A stretch of DNA of 64,000 nt from Batkoa obscura (GCA_030770535.1 JASVEC010000002.1:992001-1056000), one strand, 5' to 3'; numbered from the stretch's first letter, positions 41,172 through 53,753 are shown. Made by a program: numbers and translations. The notes: generated by a model from the sequence alone, not told the origin.

Positions 41172-41485
41172 TTTTTGATAATTATTTTGAAGGTTTATCT
41201 TATTGCTTATATACTTTTGTATCTTTCTTTTATTATGTATAGTATTATTTTTACTTAACGTTAATTTATCATTATTTATTTATACTAAATAAAACTATAA
41301 TTAGTTCAAAACAATACTACATTTATCTGACTAATGATTGTTAGTTGATAATATTGTATAATCCATGCTTTATTAATTGAATTTATAAGATACATTAATA
41401 GTAAAAGATAAAACTTAATAGTTTATCATTATCAAAATGCGGTTTATTTTATTTAGAATGAAACAAAGTTTATATCTTATAATAT

Positions 41486-41584
41486 GTGGGTGTATTTTTT
41501 TTATTTAAGAATTTTACTAACGATCTTTCTACTCAAATAGCGCTTAAAAAATGGAAAAAGTTATGAAACCAGAAAAACAGCTCC
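41486..41584 (+). mobile_element. ~98-bp MITE copy
   Basis: ATAT|GTGGGTGTA...CAGCTCC|ATAT. Confidence 0.8.
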
Positions 41585-41909
41585 ATATATTAAGTTAAAC
41601 TTTTTATTTTATAAATGTGTGTAAAAAAATATTGCTAATGATTATTATCTTACACTCTTGTTTAAATTTACTTTTGATTTTAATAAGAACAAAAAACAAA
41701 TATTACCAATTAACAAAGGTAAGTGGCATGGAAAAACTAAAACATGAATTTTGGTATAGCTAATTATATTGTAATCAAAAGTCAATTTCTTTAATAAACT
41801 GTTGAATGAGACGTGATCTGTTTGATCTTTAGATTTTATTATATTTTGAAACCAGTGTACAAGCCAATTTTTGTCTAACATCTATTGTATATCCTAGCTT
41901 CAATGTAAA

Positions 41910-42231
41910 ATCAGTGATTATGGTATGATAACTCGTATTCTCCTCAAGCAGATTGTTATGGTTCCGATGATAATTCCGATGATAGCTACAAGCAACCATA
42001 GAATGAAGCTTGGAAAAAAAGTATTATGAAATGAAAGACTACTATAAATGTACCATGATATGTGCTTAAGATGGGTATGAAGATCCTAATAATCCTTTCC
42101 TTAAACTTTATATATTATTCTATAACGAATATAATGAATTCAAGGAGTATAGTGAAGATAGCTTAATTCGAGAATGGTTGAACGAAAAAGATAAAAAGAA
42201 TATGGGAGAAATAGGAACTACTGTAGGTTAA
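41910..42231 (+). pseudogene. Decayed paralogue of the Asp/Tyr-rich ORF at 59922
   Basis: CAATGTAAAATCAGTGATTAT vs CAATGCAAAATGAATAATTAT at 59913; segments YSPQADCYGSDDNSDDSY and LIREWLNEK; frameshifts and stops; upstream 41690-41800 also aligns to 59690-59790. Confidence 0.6.
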
Positions 42232-42439
42232 GAGTAAAATCTATTGTGATATCACATCCTGCTTTATAAAGTAAAGCTAAGCTAGTAACATTACTAGTTT
42301 TTGGTATATTTCTTTATGATCTTTATCTTTTTAAATTAAATTAATAAATTTATCACTTTTTAAACAAACTGTCTCCCATAAATATACAACCTTTTTACAC
42401 TGTTTTAACCTGAAGGAAAAAAGGGAAAAAATTCGTAGT

Positions 42440-43050
42440 TAGGAAGGATTCATACTTAAAGATACATTTCTAAGTTTGAATTGAATCTGACTAAGACTTA
42501 TAAACTTTATATATATTAGCAGCAAACAATCAAAATAATTGATGCAATAATTTGTGGAGAAAATTAAAGGCAACAGAAAGAGAATAGGTAAAAGACAAAG
42601 GGTCTCTTTATCCCATTCAATAGAACCAATATTAACTAGATTTAACAGTTGAGGGATTCATTATAAAAAGTTTAGCTTTTAAAATTAAACAAAACTTGGA
42701 AAAAAAAGTGAATTAGCAAAATAATAATAATTGAACAAAAGCAGAAGTTATTTTGAAATAAATTTATAAAAGAGCAACCCGTATTATTTTATTGATAACT
42801 AAAACTGAAAAGAAATCGATAAAATTGTGCAAAAATTTAAGATCAAATTGAAGCTTAAGTGGAATTAAAGATATGTACTTCCATATCGTAAAATTTAGTA
42901 GACTAATTTTTTACTATGATAAAAATTGTACTAAATTATACGTCATAATAATTCCCTAGCTAAAACAATGGTTTAAAATGAATATCTTGAGTCTAAGTTT
43001 GCCCACAAAAATAATAATAAAAATAGTAGAATGTATAAGTAATTTAATAA
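42440..43050 (+). mobile_element. Probable highly decayed non-LTR (LINE) reverse-transcriptase fragment
   Basis: Broken frames give IGKRQRVSLSHSIEPILTRFNS*GI, IKSLAF and KAEVIL, in the order expected for GVRQGDPLSP...IEPLL...GI...LAYADD...IN..K; no intact YADD. Confidence 0.4.
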
Positions 43051-43286
43051 CTTTAATAGATTTGCTCAAAATAACATTGAGTCCAATATTTGTAGTGGTA
43101 AAAAACTAGATGTCCATATCACTAGTTGGTAAGCTATGAATTTTAAATGAGAGAATTTTTCAATGTAATAGAAATTTGAACTATGAACTAATTTAATCTT
43201 ATCAGTAGTTATGATTTTTTCATGAAGGTAATTAGCCAGGTAATTACCATTAAAAGCTTTATAAAAAGGTTTAAAATTTACTATAT

Positions 43287-43384
43287 GGGGATGTATTTTT
43301 GTATTTAAGAATTTTACTGACAATTTTTCCACATAAATAGCGCTTAAAAAATGGAAAAATAATGAAACTAAAAAAAACAGCCCC
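43287..43384 (+). mobile_element. ~98-bp MITE copy
   Basis: ATAT|GGGGATGTA...CAGCCCC|ATAT. Confidence 0.88.
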
Positions 43385-43697
43385 ATATTATAAAGTAATT
43401 TTTGCAATAATTTGCAAGTTTGGATATTTAATATAGTTTTAGAATGATTTCTAAAGATACATACATTTACTAAATACCTTTTAAAATATTCCTTTGGTAT
43501 ATAATTTTATTAGTAAGTAGGTTCTAGACACTATAGTCAATTGTTTAATTAGTTTTAGAATTCTTAATGATGTTATAAGCGGAAAATGAAGCAATCAGTT
43601 GAATTTAAAATCTGGAACATCTTTTAAGGGATTAAAGCGTGATTTTGTAAAACCAAGTATAAAAAGAGAAGAATAAAGCACAAATATAATTTTAAAA

Positions 43698-45631
43698 ATG
43701 TTTAGTTTAATTTCAATATTGAATTCTATCCTTTTGTTATCCTTGCTTTATTACAGTTACAAAGTAAATTGTTATTCATATATCATTAGAGCGTTATAAT
43801 TTCATCTTTAAAGGTCATATACAATATATTTTTTAGTCCATTAAGAAAAGTGCCTGGTCCATTAATTAATTTGATATTTCCCTTTGTATATACTTTTCAA
43901 ATAATCAAAGGGACCTTTCCAGAGTACACTCTCAATTTACATCTTAAATACGGAAATGTGGTAAGGTTAAGTAAGTATCAAAATCCAATTTAGCAATAGG
44001 GATAACAATTAACTAAACTAGATTGGAATGATATATCTTTTTCTTCAGAGTCAGCATTAAAAGAGATCTACTCAACTTATACATATGAAAAGGATGATAT
44101 TTATGACATTTTCAAAATATTAGGCGAAACTGTTTTTAGCACAAGGTAATAAATAAGAAATACTAAGTAGCTTTAATTAACAATTTATTAGGAACAAGGA
44201 ATTTCATCGCCAAAGAGTAATATTTTTCAATTATTTGTAGAAATTTGATTAATAGCTAGAAAAAAATCATCGCTCCATCTTTTTCAGAAAAAGTGATTGA
44301 AAGTGTAGAATATTTAGTCAAGAAGAATGTAAATAACTTTGTAGATAAATTGAATATTATTGCAGATCAAGACCAGGATTTCGACCTTGGACTTTATTTT
44401 CATTACTTTGCTTTCGTAAGTTCTTTATAAAATAAAAGTATTCACATTGATGTAAATAATAGGATGTAATTGGAGACTTAGCATTTGGGAAATCATTTAA
44501 TATGTTAAAAGATGGTTATCATCCAATAGTGAAATGGGTACATAATATCTCGACTTATAGTCTTTTGGTATGATCTTTCATCATTTATTTGATTATAACG
44601 TATAAACAATATTAGGTATTTATGTTCCCATTTATGAAATACTATCAATTTGATGGCATCAAAAAACTATATGAGGTATTATAAACTAAAATTGTTGTCA
44701 AACTTAGTTAATCCAATTTAGTTTTCATACGAAGCAATAAAAGATGCTAGAAACAACCCAGATAGAGCTAATATTCTAAGTACTTTAATCAAAGCAACGG
44801 ATCCAGATACAGGAGAACATTTAAGTGATAAAGAAATAGCCGAAGAATCAATTTTACAAATGTAATTTTAAATGATATCAATTCAAATTCTTAAAATTAA
44901 TATTTATAGTGGAGCTGGGACCGATACTACATCAAACTCGCTTACATGGTAACTTAACTCAAGAGTTCTTAATAGATTGACTTATTTTACTAGGATATTT
45001 TATTTACTGACCAATAACCCAGAGGTATATGAAAAAGTGAAAGAAGAGATGGTTAGGATATTCCCAGATAAAAATTCAATCACCTATACAATGTGTAAAT
45101 CAGAGTGTCACTATCTTAGTGCCGTAATTCATGAAGGCTTAAGAGTCATACCGGTAGCTGGAGGTGCTCCTACAAGATATGTACCTAAAGGAGGCAAATT
45201 AATCGATGGCTATTATATTCCAGAAAAGGTAATCTATACAATAACTATAATTTAGGCTTATACTAATTTATAGGTTACTGTTGGAGTAACCATTAATGCT
45301 TTACACAATTTATCCTCATTATGGAAAAACCCAGACGCTTTTGATCCTCAAAGATGGTTACAAGATGGGAAATTCAAAACTAACCCCAATTTTTCACCCT
45401 TTTTAATAGGACCTAGAGCTTGTGTTGGTAGAACGTAAGCTATTGTTAAGAAAGTAACAATAATTATTTATTTTATTTTTTAGCCTGGCTTGGATGGAAC
45501 TATACTTAGTTAGTGCGAATTTAATAAGAAACTTCACTTTTAAAAGAGACATCGAAAAGAAGATTGCTTATAGAAATTTTATTACTACTCAACCTACTGA
45601 GCCTATCAAAGTTTCTATAATTAAAAATTAA
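43698..45631 (+). CDS. Cytochrome P450, paralogue 1 (multi-exon, N-terminal membrane anchor)
   Basis: SPLRKVPGP; HYFAFDVIGDLAFGKSFNML; I-helix GAGTDTTS; ExxR (HEGLR); FDPQRW; heme motif FSPFLIGPRACVG. Confidence 0.93.
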
Positions 45632-46875
45632 TGTGAGTTTTGTCAAATATATTTGATATAAGTTAGTTTATGTTTTATATTTTACTTTATGATTTTTCCT
45701 AACTCATATTATTAGTCAAAATAAACAGTGTTATTTTTTTATTGTTATCTAACTCTGGTACTGTTTTATTTTAAGTAAAAATATAGAAAATCATGAGCTA
45801 GGCTAAAAGGCTAAAAATTTAAACTAATCGATTTAAGGAAGTAAGTGGAAAAGGCATACATCAAAGCAAAATAAAGTCCCTCATTAGGGCGTGGTATGTC
45901 AATTATCAGGACAAGAAAGCCAAGTAATAGTTCGTAATTAAAATTCGAGACTAAAGATATAAATTACAAAAATTTATGTATCTGTGGGGATCAATTTAAG
46001 TAGAAAAAAGCTACGTATTACTATTCAAATGTTGAAAAACGCCATTCATTGATAGCTATATCTATGTTAAGATTGTTTTATAGAGTATGATTAGGTTTAC
46101 TGAAAGGCCCGTGAATAAGCCAGATAATCACTGTTATTATCAATGACTAAAGTTGAAAATGGTACTAACGGGGACATATAAGATATGTATGATTTTTGTA
46201 TAGCTTTAGAGATAAACATAACTACAACAGAAAAAATAAGGCGAATCAACAGCAATAAAAATGTTTAAACTTGATTATAAAAGATAATCATAAGCCAAAT
46301 TTATCAAAAAACAATAATGTGTTAAAAGTACTGCTACCTGAAGCTGACCTACTGTCAAATTTCTTTTAAATAAAAGACATTTACTAATAAAATAGATTAT
46401 ATTCCAAATACTTTTTGGATTAAGACTTTACTTTAATACAATTCATATAAAAAATATAATTTTTTGATTTATGAGGATGATTTTATTTCTAATTAATAAA
46501 CATAGCAGATTGAATTGCTTTAAACAAAGAAGTTATATAAATAAACAAAATATCAGAAAAAATCTAAAAACATCTATATAGTGATGGATTTTTTTGTAAG
46601 GATTTTACTAACAATCCTTCTGCTCAAATAGTGCTTAAAAATGGAAAAAGTAATAAAACTAAAAAACACTCCCATATCTGAATCTGTAAATGTAGCTTTA
46701 TTAATTTTTAATTATATATTTCTACATTGTTTTTAAAATAAACCAACACACATACAACTAACATATATTTATATAAATAAATAAAAAATATAATAAAAAT
46801 TTAAGAAACTGATAATATATAATAAAAAAGGTTCATTTGTATATTTTAAATATTTAAAAAATCTCGTTAAAAAGT

Positions 46876-46974
46876 GGGGATGTATTTTTGTGTTTAAGAA
46901 TTTTATTAATAATTTTTCCGCTTAAATAGCGCTTAAAAATGGAAAAAATAATGAAGTCAAAAAAAAACACTCCC
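46876..46974 (+). mobile_element. ~98-bp MITE copy, TSD AAGT
   Basis: AAGT|GGGGATGTA...CACTCCC|AAGT; further copies at ~46581-46673 and ~47033-47130. Confidence 0.9.
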
Positions 46975-47627
46975 AAGTATTAAATTTGAGCTTCCTAAAA
47001 AAGTTGGATCTTGTTTATGAACTTTTCCATATGCAGATGTTTTTTTTTGGTTTCATTACTTTTTCCATTTTTAAGCGCTATTTGAGCATAGAGATTGTTA
47101 GTAAATTTTTAAACAAAAGAATATGTCCTTATATACTGCTATGTTGTACAAATGGTTTTAATAGTTTAGAGTAATTCGATGATATAAAACCATAAGAATA
47201 TTTTAAGAATTAACCTAAATTAATATATTAATTTTTGTTTTCGCTCATATTTATTGCTGTAGTTAAATTTTATAATTGTTTAAAAAACTCTCAGCTAACA
47301 TGCAAATAAAAATTTATCATATGAGCTAGGTGGAGCAGTAGCAGAATAATAACAACGTATCAAAAAAAAAGATAAAGAAGTGATTGCTGAAAAGTATGTC
47401 AGATGATTTAACTTAATAATATGATAGAGGGTTTAATTTTCTCTTTTTTCCATAAAATGCAACCAGGTTTATTTTGGCTTCCAACTAAAAGCTAATTTGT
47501 TTTAAGATAAATTAAAAGTGTATGAATTGATATTAAATTTTTAGATTTTAAAGATAAAATAGTTAAAGTAAGTAGCGATATATAATTTTGAAGTCTAAAG
47601 TCTTTATTTCTCAATGTTTGTTACATG

Positions 47628-47966
47628 TTAAAGAATAGCGGCACTATTTTGCTTATTGATATTAAAATTGTTATTGTTAATATTCTTTTTGTGAACATTA
47701 TCAGTAAACACAGCGGCTTGTTTGTTTTGATCAAATTGGTGTGCATTGAAATTGTTGGCATTAGCGTGGAATCTGTTATTATTAATTACAGCTGGGAAAC
47801 CAAAAGAGCCAAAGTTATTGAATCCGCCATTAAACCCACCAACCCCATAGCCAGGATAGAAATTGTTAAAAGTACGTCTGGTTAAGTAACTATCACTAAA
47901 AGTTGGAAGAGAAGAGATAGTAGAGGTGAAAGCTAAGATAATGGCGTTTAATAAGAATTGATTCAT
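47628..47966 (-). CDS. Small secreted Gly/Tyr/Asn-rich protein, copy 7 (112 aa)
   Basis: N-terminal part nearly identical to copy 6; C-terminus closer to copy 3 (NKQAAVFTDNVH...KQNSAAI). Confidence 0.9.
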   Translation of the reverse strand: MNQFLLNAIILAFTSTISSLPTFSDSYLTRRTFNNFYPGYGVGGFNGGFNNFGSFGFPAVINNNRFHANANNFNAHQFDQNKQAAVFTDNVHKKNINNNNFNINKQNSAAIL

Positions 47967-48408
47967 TTTTTGATAATTATTTTAAAGGTTTATCTTATTG
48001 CTTATATACTTTTGTATCTTTCTTTTATTATGTATAGTATTATTTTTACTTAACGTTAATTTATCATTATTTATTTATACTAAATAAAACTATAATTAGT
48101 TCAAAACAATACTACATTTATCTGACTAATGATTGTTAGTTGATAATATTGTATAATACATGCTTTATTAATTGAATTTATAAGATACATTAATAGTATG
48201 ATGGAATTTAATAATTTATCAGTATGGAAGTTTAAGTCATCTAAACTATACAACATGTATATTATGATATATAGAAGTAACGTTTTATTGTAAAACCCTT
48301 GTTATTTAAAATACGTAATAAAAAAACATTATTAGTAGTTATTATTTTATACTTTTATTTAAATTTACTTTTGATCCTAATAAGAACAGAAAATAAGAAT
48401 CATCAATT

Positions 48409-48505
48409 GGGGATATATTTTTTTGTTTAAGAATTTTACTAACGATCTTTCCGCTTAAATAGCACTTAAGAAATGGAAGTAATGAAATCAAAAAAAAACA
48501 TCCCC
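48409..48505 (+). mobile_element. ~98-bp MITE copy, TSD AATT; empty paralogous site at 41708-41711
   Basis: AATT|GGGGATATA...CATCCCC|AATT. Confidence 0.9.
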
Positions 48506-48683
48506 AATTAGTGAAAGCAAATGACAAAAAAATTGAAATACAAAACTCAGCATAGCTAATTCAATTACATAAGTACTATAAAATGAGGCGCAATCAGTTT
48601 AGTCTTAAATTTTATTATCTTTCGAAATCAATATATATTAACTTTTGTTTTAACATTACCGTATATTTAAAATCTAGCATAGA

Positions 48684-48989
48684 ATCGGCAATTATGGCAC
48701 GCATAATCCTTATTCTCTTCAAGAAGAGTATTGCGAAGCTGATGATATTTACGATGATACCTGCAACGAGAATGTTCATGGCGTTAATTATTATTTTAAT
48801 AACGTAGATACTCAAGGGAAATATAAAGAGCCCAATAATCATTGTTATAAATCGTTTGATGTACTTGTTGACGAGTCTAATGGAGCTGGCCTAATCCAAG
48901 GACAAGAAATTGATGCTGCAACGCAAAATCGGATCAATAAAAGAGCTAAAAAGAGTAATAAAAAGAGTGATTCGATCACTTTATCATAG
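48684..48989 (+). pseudogene. Open-frame paralogue of the Asp/Tyr-rich ORF, start codon ATC instead of ATG
   Basis: IGNYGTHNPYSLQEEYCEADDIYDD...EIDAATQNRINKRAKKS aligns with MNNYRIEDFYSQSDYCDDDDVYDD...EIDGVAQKWMEKRARTS; 101 codons with no stop. Confidence 0.65.
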
Positions 48990-49268
48990 ACTAAAAGTAA
49001 AGCTTACTGGACCACTATGTTCTGCTTTATGATAAATACAGGCTAGTTAAATGTATTGATTTCATTATATAATTGTTTGTTGAGTGTTAATATTCATATC
49101 AAATTAGAAATTTATTTATCTTTCGTAAAAATTATATTGTTATATTGTTATAATTTAAGGAAACCTGGTATAAATTCGAATTTTACTATGGTCTTCTAAA
49201 AAGGTAATACTATTTTCGATTAATTGATTCACCTTTTTAGAGAATGCTCAGGCCTTTGAAGATGGTAT

Positions 49269-49367
49269 GAGGATATTTTTTTTGGTTTCATTGCTTTTTC
49301 CATTTTGTGAGCGCTATTTGAGCGGAAAATTTATTAGCAAAATTCTTAAACAAAAAAATACATCCCC
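49269..49367 (-). mobile_element. ~98-bp MITE copy, TSD GTAT
   Basis: GTAT|GAGGATA...TACATCCCC|GTAT. Confidence 0.88.
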
Positions 49368-50251
49368 GTATCATTGATTTAAAGCAAATATTCCAGGCCA
49401 GGATTCCTACCTTATTAAACATTAGATTATATCACCCTCTATAATAAGGGATAGAAAGCAATAGTATATATAACTAATTTAGCAGTTTTAAAAAATATGT
49501 ACCAAATTAGATTAAGTTTATTATTCCTGGTAGTAGATAAATAGATATAGCGTATACTAACGATTCTTAGTAACAATTAAGCGAGAAAATTGCTAAACTA
49601 CAAATTTGAATAAGCCAAGCTCTTAAAATTGCATACTTTATTTTGTGATATCGGGGCAAAAGCTTATCAATCGGATAACAATATTAAAAGCTTTGGAAAA
49701 ATAATAAAATTTAAAAACAGGGATATATTTTTTTAAAGAATTTTACTAATAGTTTTTCCACTCAAACAACGCTTAAAATGGAAAAAGCGACGAAATCAAA
49801 AAAACATTCTCATAGAATTTATATTTTTAGTAAAAAATGATTAGATTGTTTAATATCAGTAGATCTATGCTTGAAATGCAAAAGTGGAGTTTTATAATAC
49901 ATCTATTGACTTTTTTACATATAAAAATTTAAAAGATAGCTTTTAGGAATCGCTACATTTAAGCGTCTCATTTTTTTAACAAGTTATTTTTTATACGAAC
50001 ATGATAATAATACAAAACTATAGTCGCAACTCCATGTAAAAAATATTTACAACAATTTAAAAAACATAAGGGCATTTAAATGTAGCAGTTTAGATATTTT
50101 AAATAATTAACTATTTTTCAAAATTCTTAATCATGTAAAAGCGGAAAATAGAATAATTAGTTAATTTAGAACAGATTACAAAAGGGGTTGAACCGTGACT
50201 GTGGAAAATCTAATATAAAAAAGAAAAAAAAAACAAATATAATTTCAGAAA

Positions 50252-52188
50252 ATGTTTAGTTTAATTTCAATATTGAATTCCATCCTTATATTATCTTTAT
50301 CCTATTACAGCTACAAAGTAGTTTATTATATATATCATGAACACATTATAATTCCATCTTTAAAGGTTATATACAATGTATATTTTAGCCCATTGAGAAA
50401 AGTACCTGGTCCTTTAATTAACCTAATATTTCCCTTTATACATAATATTTATCTAATAAATGGTACCTTCCCAGAGTATGCTCTCGATATTCATAGTAAG
50501 TATGGAAACGTGGTAAGATTAAGTAAGTATTTATAACACGTCAAACCGTTTTGATAAATATTAAATAAAACTAGGTTGGAGCGAATTATCCTTTTCTTCA
50601 GATTCAGCATTAAAAGAGATCTACTTGACTTATGCATATGCAAAAGATGAGATTTATGACATTTTTGAAATAATGGGAGAAAGCATTTTTAGCACAAGGT
50701 AACAAAATAGACACAAAATTAACAACTATTAACAATTTTTTAGAAATAGGGATTTTCATCGTCAAAGAGTAATACTGTAAACATTTCTTAAGATAATAAA
50801 TAACGGTTAGAAAAAAATTATTGCTCCATCTTTTTCAGAAAAGGTGATTGAAAGCGTGGAATACTTAATTAAAAAGAATCTACACGCTTTTATAAATAAG
50901 GTGGATACACTTGCAACTCAAGACCAAAAGTTGGATCTTGGTCTTTATTTTCATTACTTTGCTTTTGTAAATTATTTATCAAACAAACAAGTTTATAGTA
51001 ACATAAATAATAGGATGTAATTGGGGATTTAGCATTTGGGAAATCATTTAATATGCTGAGAGATGGTCATCACCCAATAATAAAATGGGTACACGATATA
51101 TCCAAATATACCCTTTTGGTATGATATGTTATCATTTATTAACTATAATTTACATATGTTAGGTATTTATATTCCCATTTTTGAAACATTATCGATTTGA
51201 TGGCATTAAAAAATTATATGAGGTATTAGAAATTAAAAGTATTACCCTAACCTATTAAACCATATCTAGTTTTCATATGAAGCAATAAAAGATGCTAGAA
51301 ATAACCCAGATAGAACTACTATTTTAAGTACTTTTATTAAAGCAACAGATCCAGATACTGGAATACACTTAACTGATAAAGAAATAGCTGAAGAATCGAT
51401 TTTACAGATGTAGCCTTATTTTTCAGTTTATTGAACTATTTAGCTAAATCATTTATAGTGCTGCTGGAACCGATACTACTTCAAATTCACTTACATGGTA
51501 ATCTAATATAATATAAGTGGAATCTTTGTAAAACTAATCAACATGATTAGGATATTTTATTTATTAGCTAATAATCCAGAAGTATATGAAAAAGCTAAAG
51601 AAGAAATATATACAATATTCCCAGATAAGGATTCAATTACTTATATTAAATGTAAATCAGAATGTCATTATCTCAATGCCATAATTCATGAAGGTCTAAG
51701 AATCCTACCAGTAGCTGGTGGTACAGCAACAAGAATTGTCCCTAAAGGAGGGAGAGTAATTGATGGATATTATATACCAGAAGAGGTAAAGTCAATTACA
51801 AAAATAGTCAAACTTAATAATATCTCTTAGGTTATTGTTGGAGTGAATATTAACTCTTTACACAATTTACCCTCACTATGGAAAAACCCAGACGCTTTTG
51901 ATCCTCAAAGATGGTTACAAGATGGGAAATTCAAAACTAACCCCAATTTTTCACCCTTTTTAATAGGACCTAGAGCTTGTGTTGGTAGAACGTAAGCTAT
52001 TGTTAAGAAAGTAACAATAATTATTTATTTTATTTTTTAGCCTGGCTTGGATGGAACTATACTTAGTTAGTGCGAATTTAATAAGAAACTTCACTTTTAA
52101 AAGAGATATCGAAAAGAAGATTGCTTATAGAAATTTTATCACTACTCAACCTACTGAGCCTATCAAAGTTTCTATAATTAAAAACTAA
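50252..52188 (+). CDS. Cytochrome P450, paralogue 2 (multi-exon)
   Basis: Same exon structure as paralogue 1; AAGTDTTS, HEGLR, FLIGPRACVG. Confidence 0.93.
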
Positions 52189-52497
52189 AAGGGATACCTA
52201 CATGAGACAACAATGAACTACAGAGCGTTCATGCTATATTCAACAGCTTCCAGAAGCCAACCAAATGCTCGACAATAAATACTAAAACACAAAAAATTAT
52301 TTCAATCTCTGACCCTACCTAAATACTATTTTAATATGTTTTCTGTTGAACTATAGTAGCTACTATATTTATTCAAACAAATTCAAATTTTTTATTTAAA
52401 TATAAAAAAGAAAAGCTTCGATTATATAAGAATAAAGCTATGTATATTAAAATATATGAAAAATAGTTAAACTTTGAAAAAAGATTTAACTATAAAC

Positions 52498-52957
52498 TGT
52501 AAGATATCGCTTTGTCAGCTCTATAGTTGATTATAATATAACAACCACTTAAGTAATTGTGTTCTCAAGTTCAGGCACAGTTAATCCTAAGCTTTTTATT
52601 TCAATTTACTATGAGGATTTCTGCCACCTAATTCTGAAGGACACTATCTCTCCATTTTGATATCCATACTTTTTGGAGTACAAAAGAGATTTTAGAACAT
52701 AATAACTCGAGCCTTTTTAGCCAAATTATTTCCTAATACTATACCTTTAATAAAGCCATTAAATCTTTCTGATAATATTTATGTAGATTTTACAGTAGTA
52801 TTGTCTATTCTGTTTGCCTTACATAGCCCATAGCCTATTACGTGTCATTCTTCATAGTTCAAGTCTACCTTAATTACATAAACTAAGACCTTTCGACTTA
52901 TGGCTAGTCAATCAAGCAAGAACTACCTTTGACTCCTACTGAGTATCAGATTCCACG
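52498..52957 (+). mobile_element. Solo LTR, older diverged copy
   Basis: TGT...CCACG termini flanked by AAAC/AAAC; colinear with 7333-7796 (e.g. CACATAAACTAAGACCTTTCGACTTAT-like block). Confidence 0.8.
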
Positions 52958-53113
52958 AAACTATATACAAAAATTTATAACTAAAAATAAAAATAAAAAT
53001 AAAACAATCATCTTTAAAGCTTAATAAAGAATATTCATTTTTTGTAATCTTTATTATTATTATTTAGTTAAACATGTTTTTTAAGTTAATAAAATAATAC
53101 TATTTTAATATAT

Positions 53114-53212
53114 GGGGATGTATTTTTATGTTTAAGAGTTTTACTAACAAATTTTCCGCTCAAATAGCGCTTAAAAAACGGAAAAAATAATGAAGTCAAA
53201 AAAAACATTCCC
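53114..53212 (+). mobile_element. ~98-bp MITE copy
   Basis: ATAT|GGGGATGTA...CATTCCC|ATAT. Confidence 0.88.
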
Positions 53213-53565
53213 ATATATTAAATAAAATTTTTATAATAGTTTTAAGTTTTAAATAAAAATGGAAGTAAAAACAAAAGTGTATTTAGTAAATTTAGATTAT
53301 TATAGTAAATGAAGCTATATTGATATCAAAATTTTCTGTTTGGCATTTGAAAAATAATAAAATAATAAATGGAGTTTATTCTAATTATCTATTTGAGATA
53401 TTGAATTATAATTTTATATATAGAGAAAACTGTTTAATTAATTTAACATTTAAAAAACTTCTATTTAAAAAGTTTCTAAAAATTAATATATAGGCAAATA
53501 TAGGAAATTGGTTTAAATTTCAAAAGTTTCTATATTATATGTTCAAAAAAATCCATAAAATATAT

Positions 53566-53664
53566 GGGGATACTTTTTTTTGCTTAATAATTTTACTAAC
53601 AATTTTTCCGCTCAAATAGTGCTTAAAAAATGGAAAAAGTTATGAAACCAAAAAAAACAGCCCC
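53566..53664 (+). mobile_element. ~98-bp MITE copy
   Basis: ATAT|GGGGATAC...CAGCCCC|ATAT. Confidence 0.88.
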
Positions 53665-53753
53665 ATATAGTAGGTCAAATATTAATCTTGATTTTTTTAC
53701 TGAGTATTATAAAAAAATATTGCTGATGGATGTTTTAAAAAAAATTTATAACA

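Noticed and set aside
27963..47885. Antisense or alternate-frame ORFs over the peptide genes (27963, 28037, 29293, 29337, 39320, 39357, 40854, 47625)
   Set aside because: Shadows of Asn/Gly-rich codon repeats; no independent start context or motifs
27882..47966. Peptide family as hydrophobins or dikaritin (ustiloxin-type) precursors
   Set aside because: No 8-Cys pattern; no multiple short identical KR-flanked cores and no DUF3328/UstY or tyrosinase gene in the window
6623..48527. Short ORFs sharing 'YLSGKIVSKFL'-like text (e.g. 17434, 22612, 43066, 46986, 48342, also 6623 and 8688)
   Set aside because: They are chance translations through MITE copies, not a protein family
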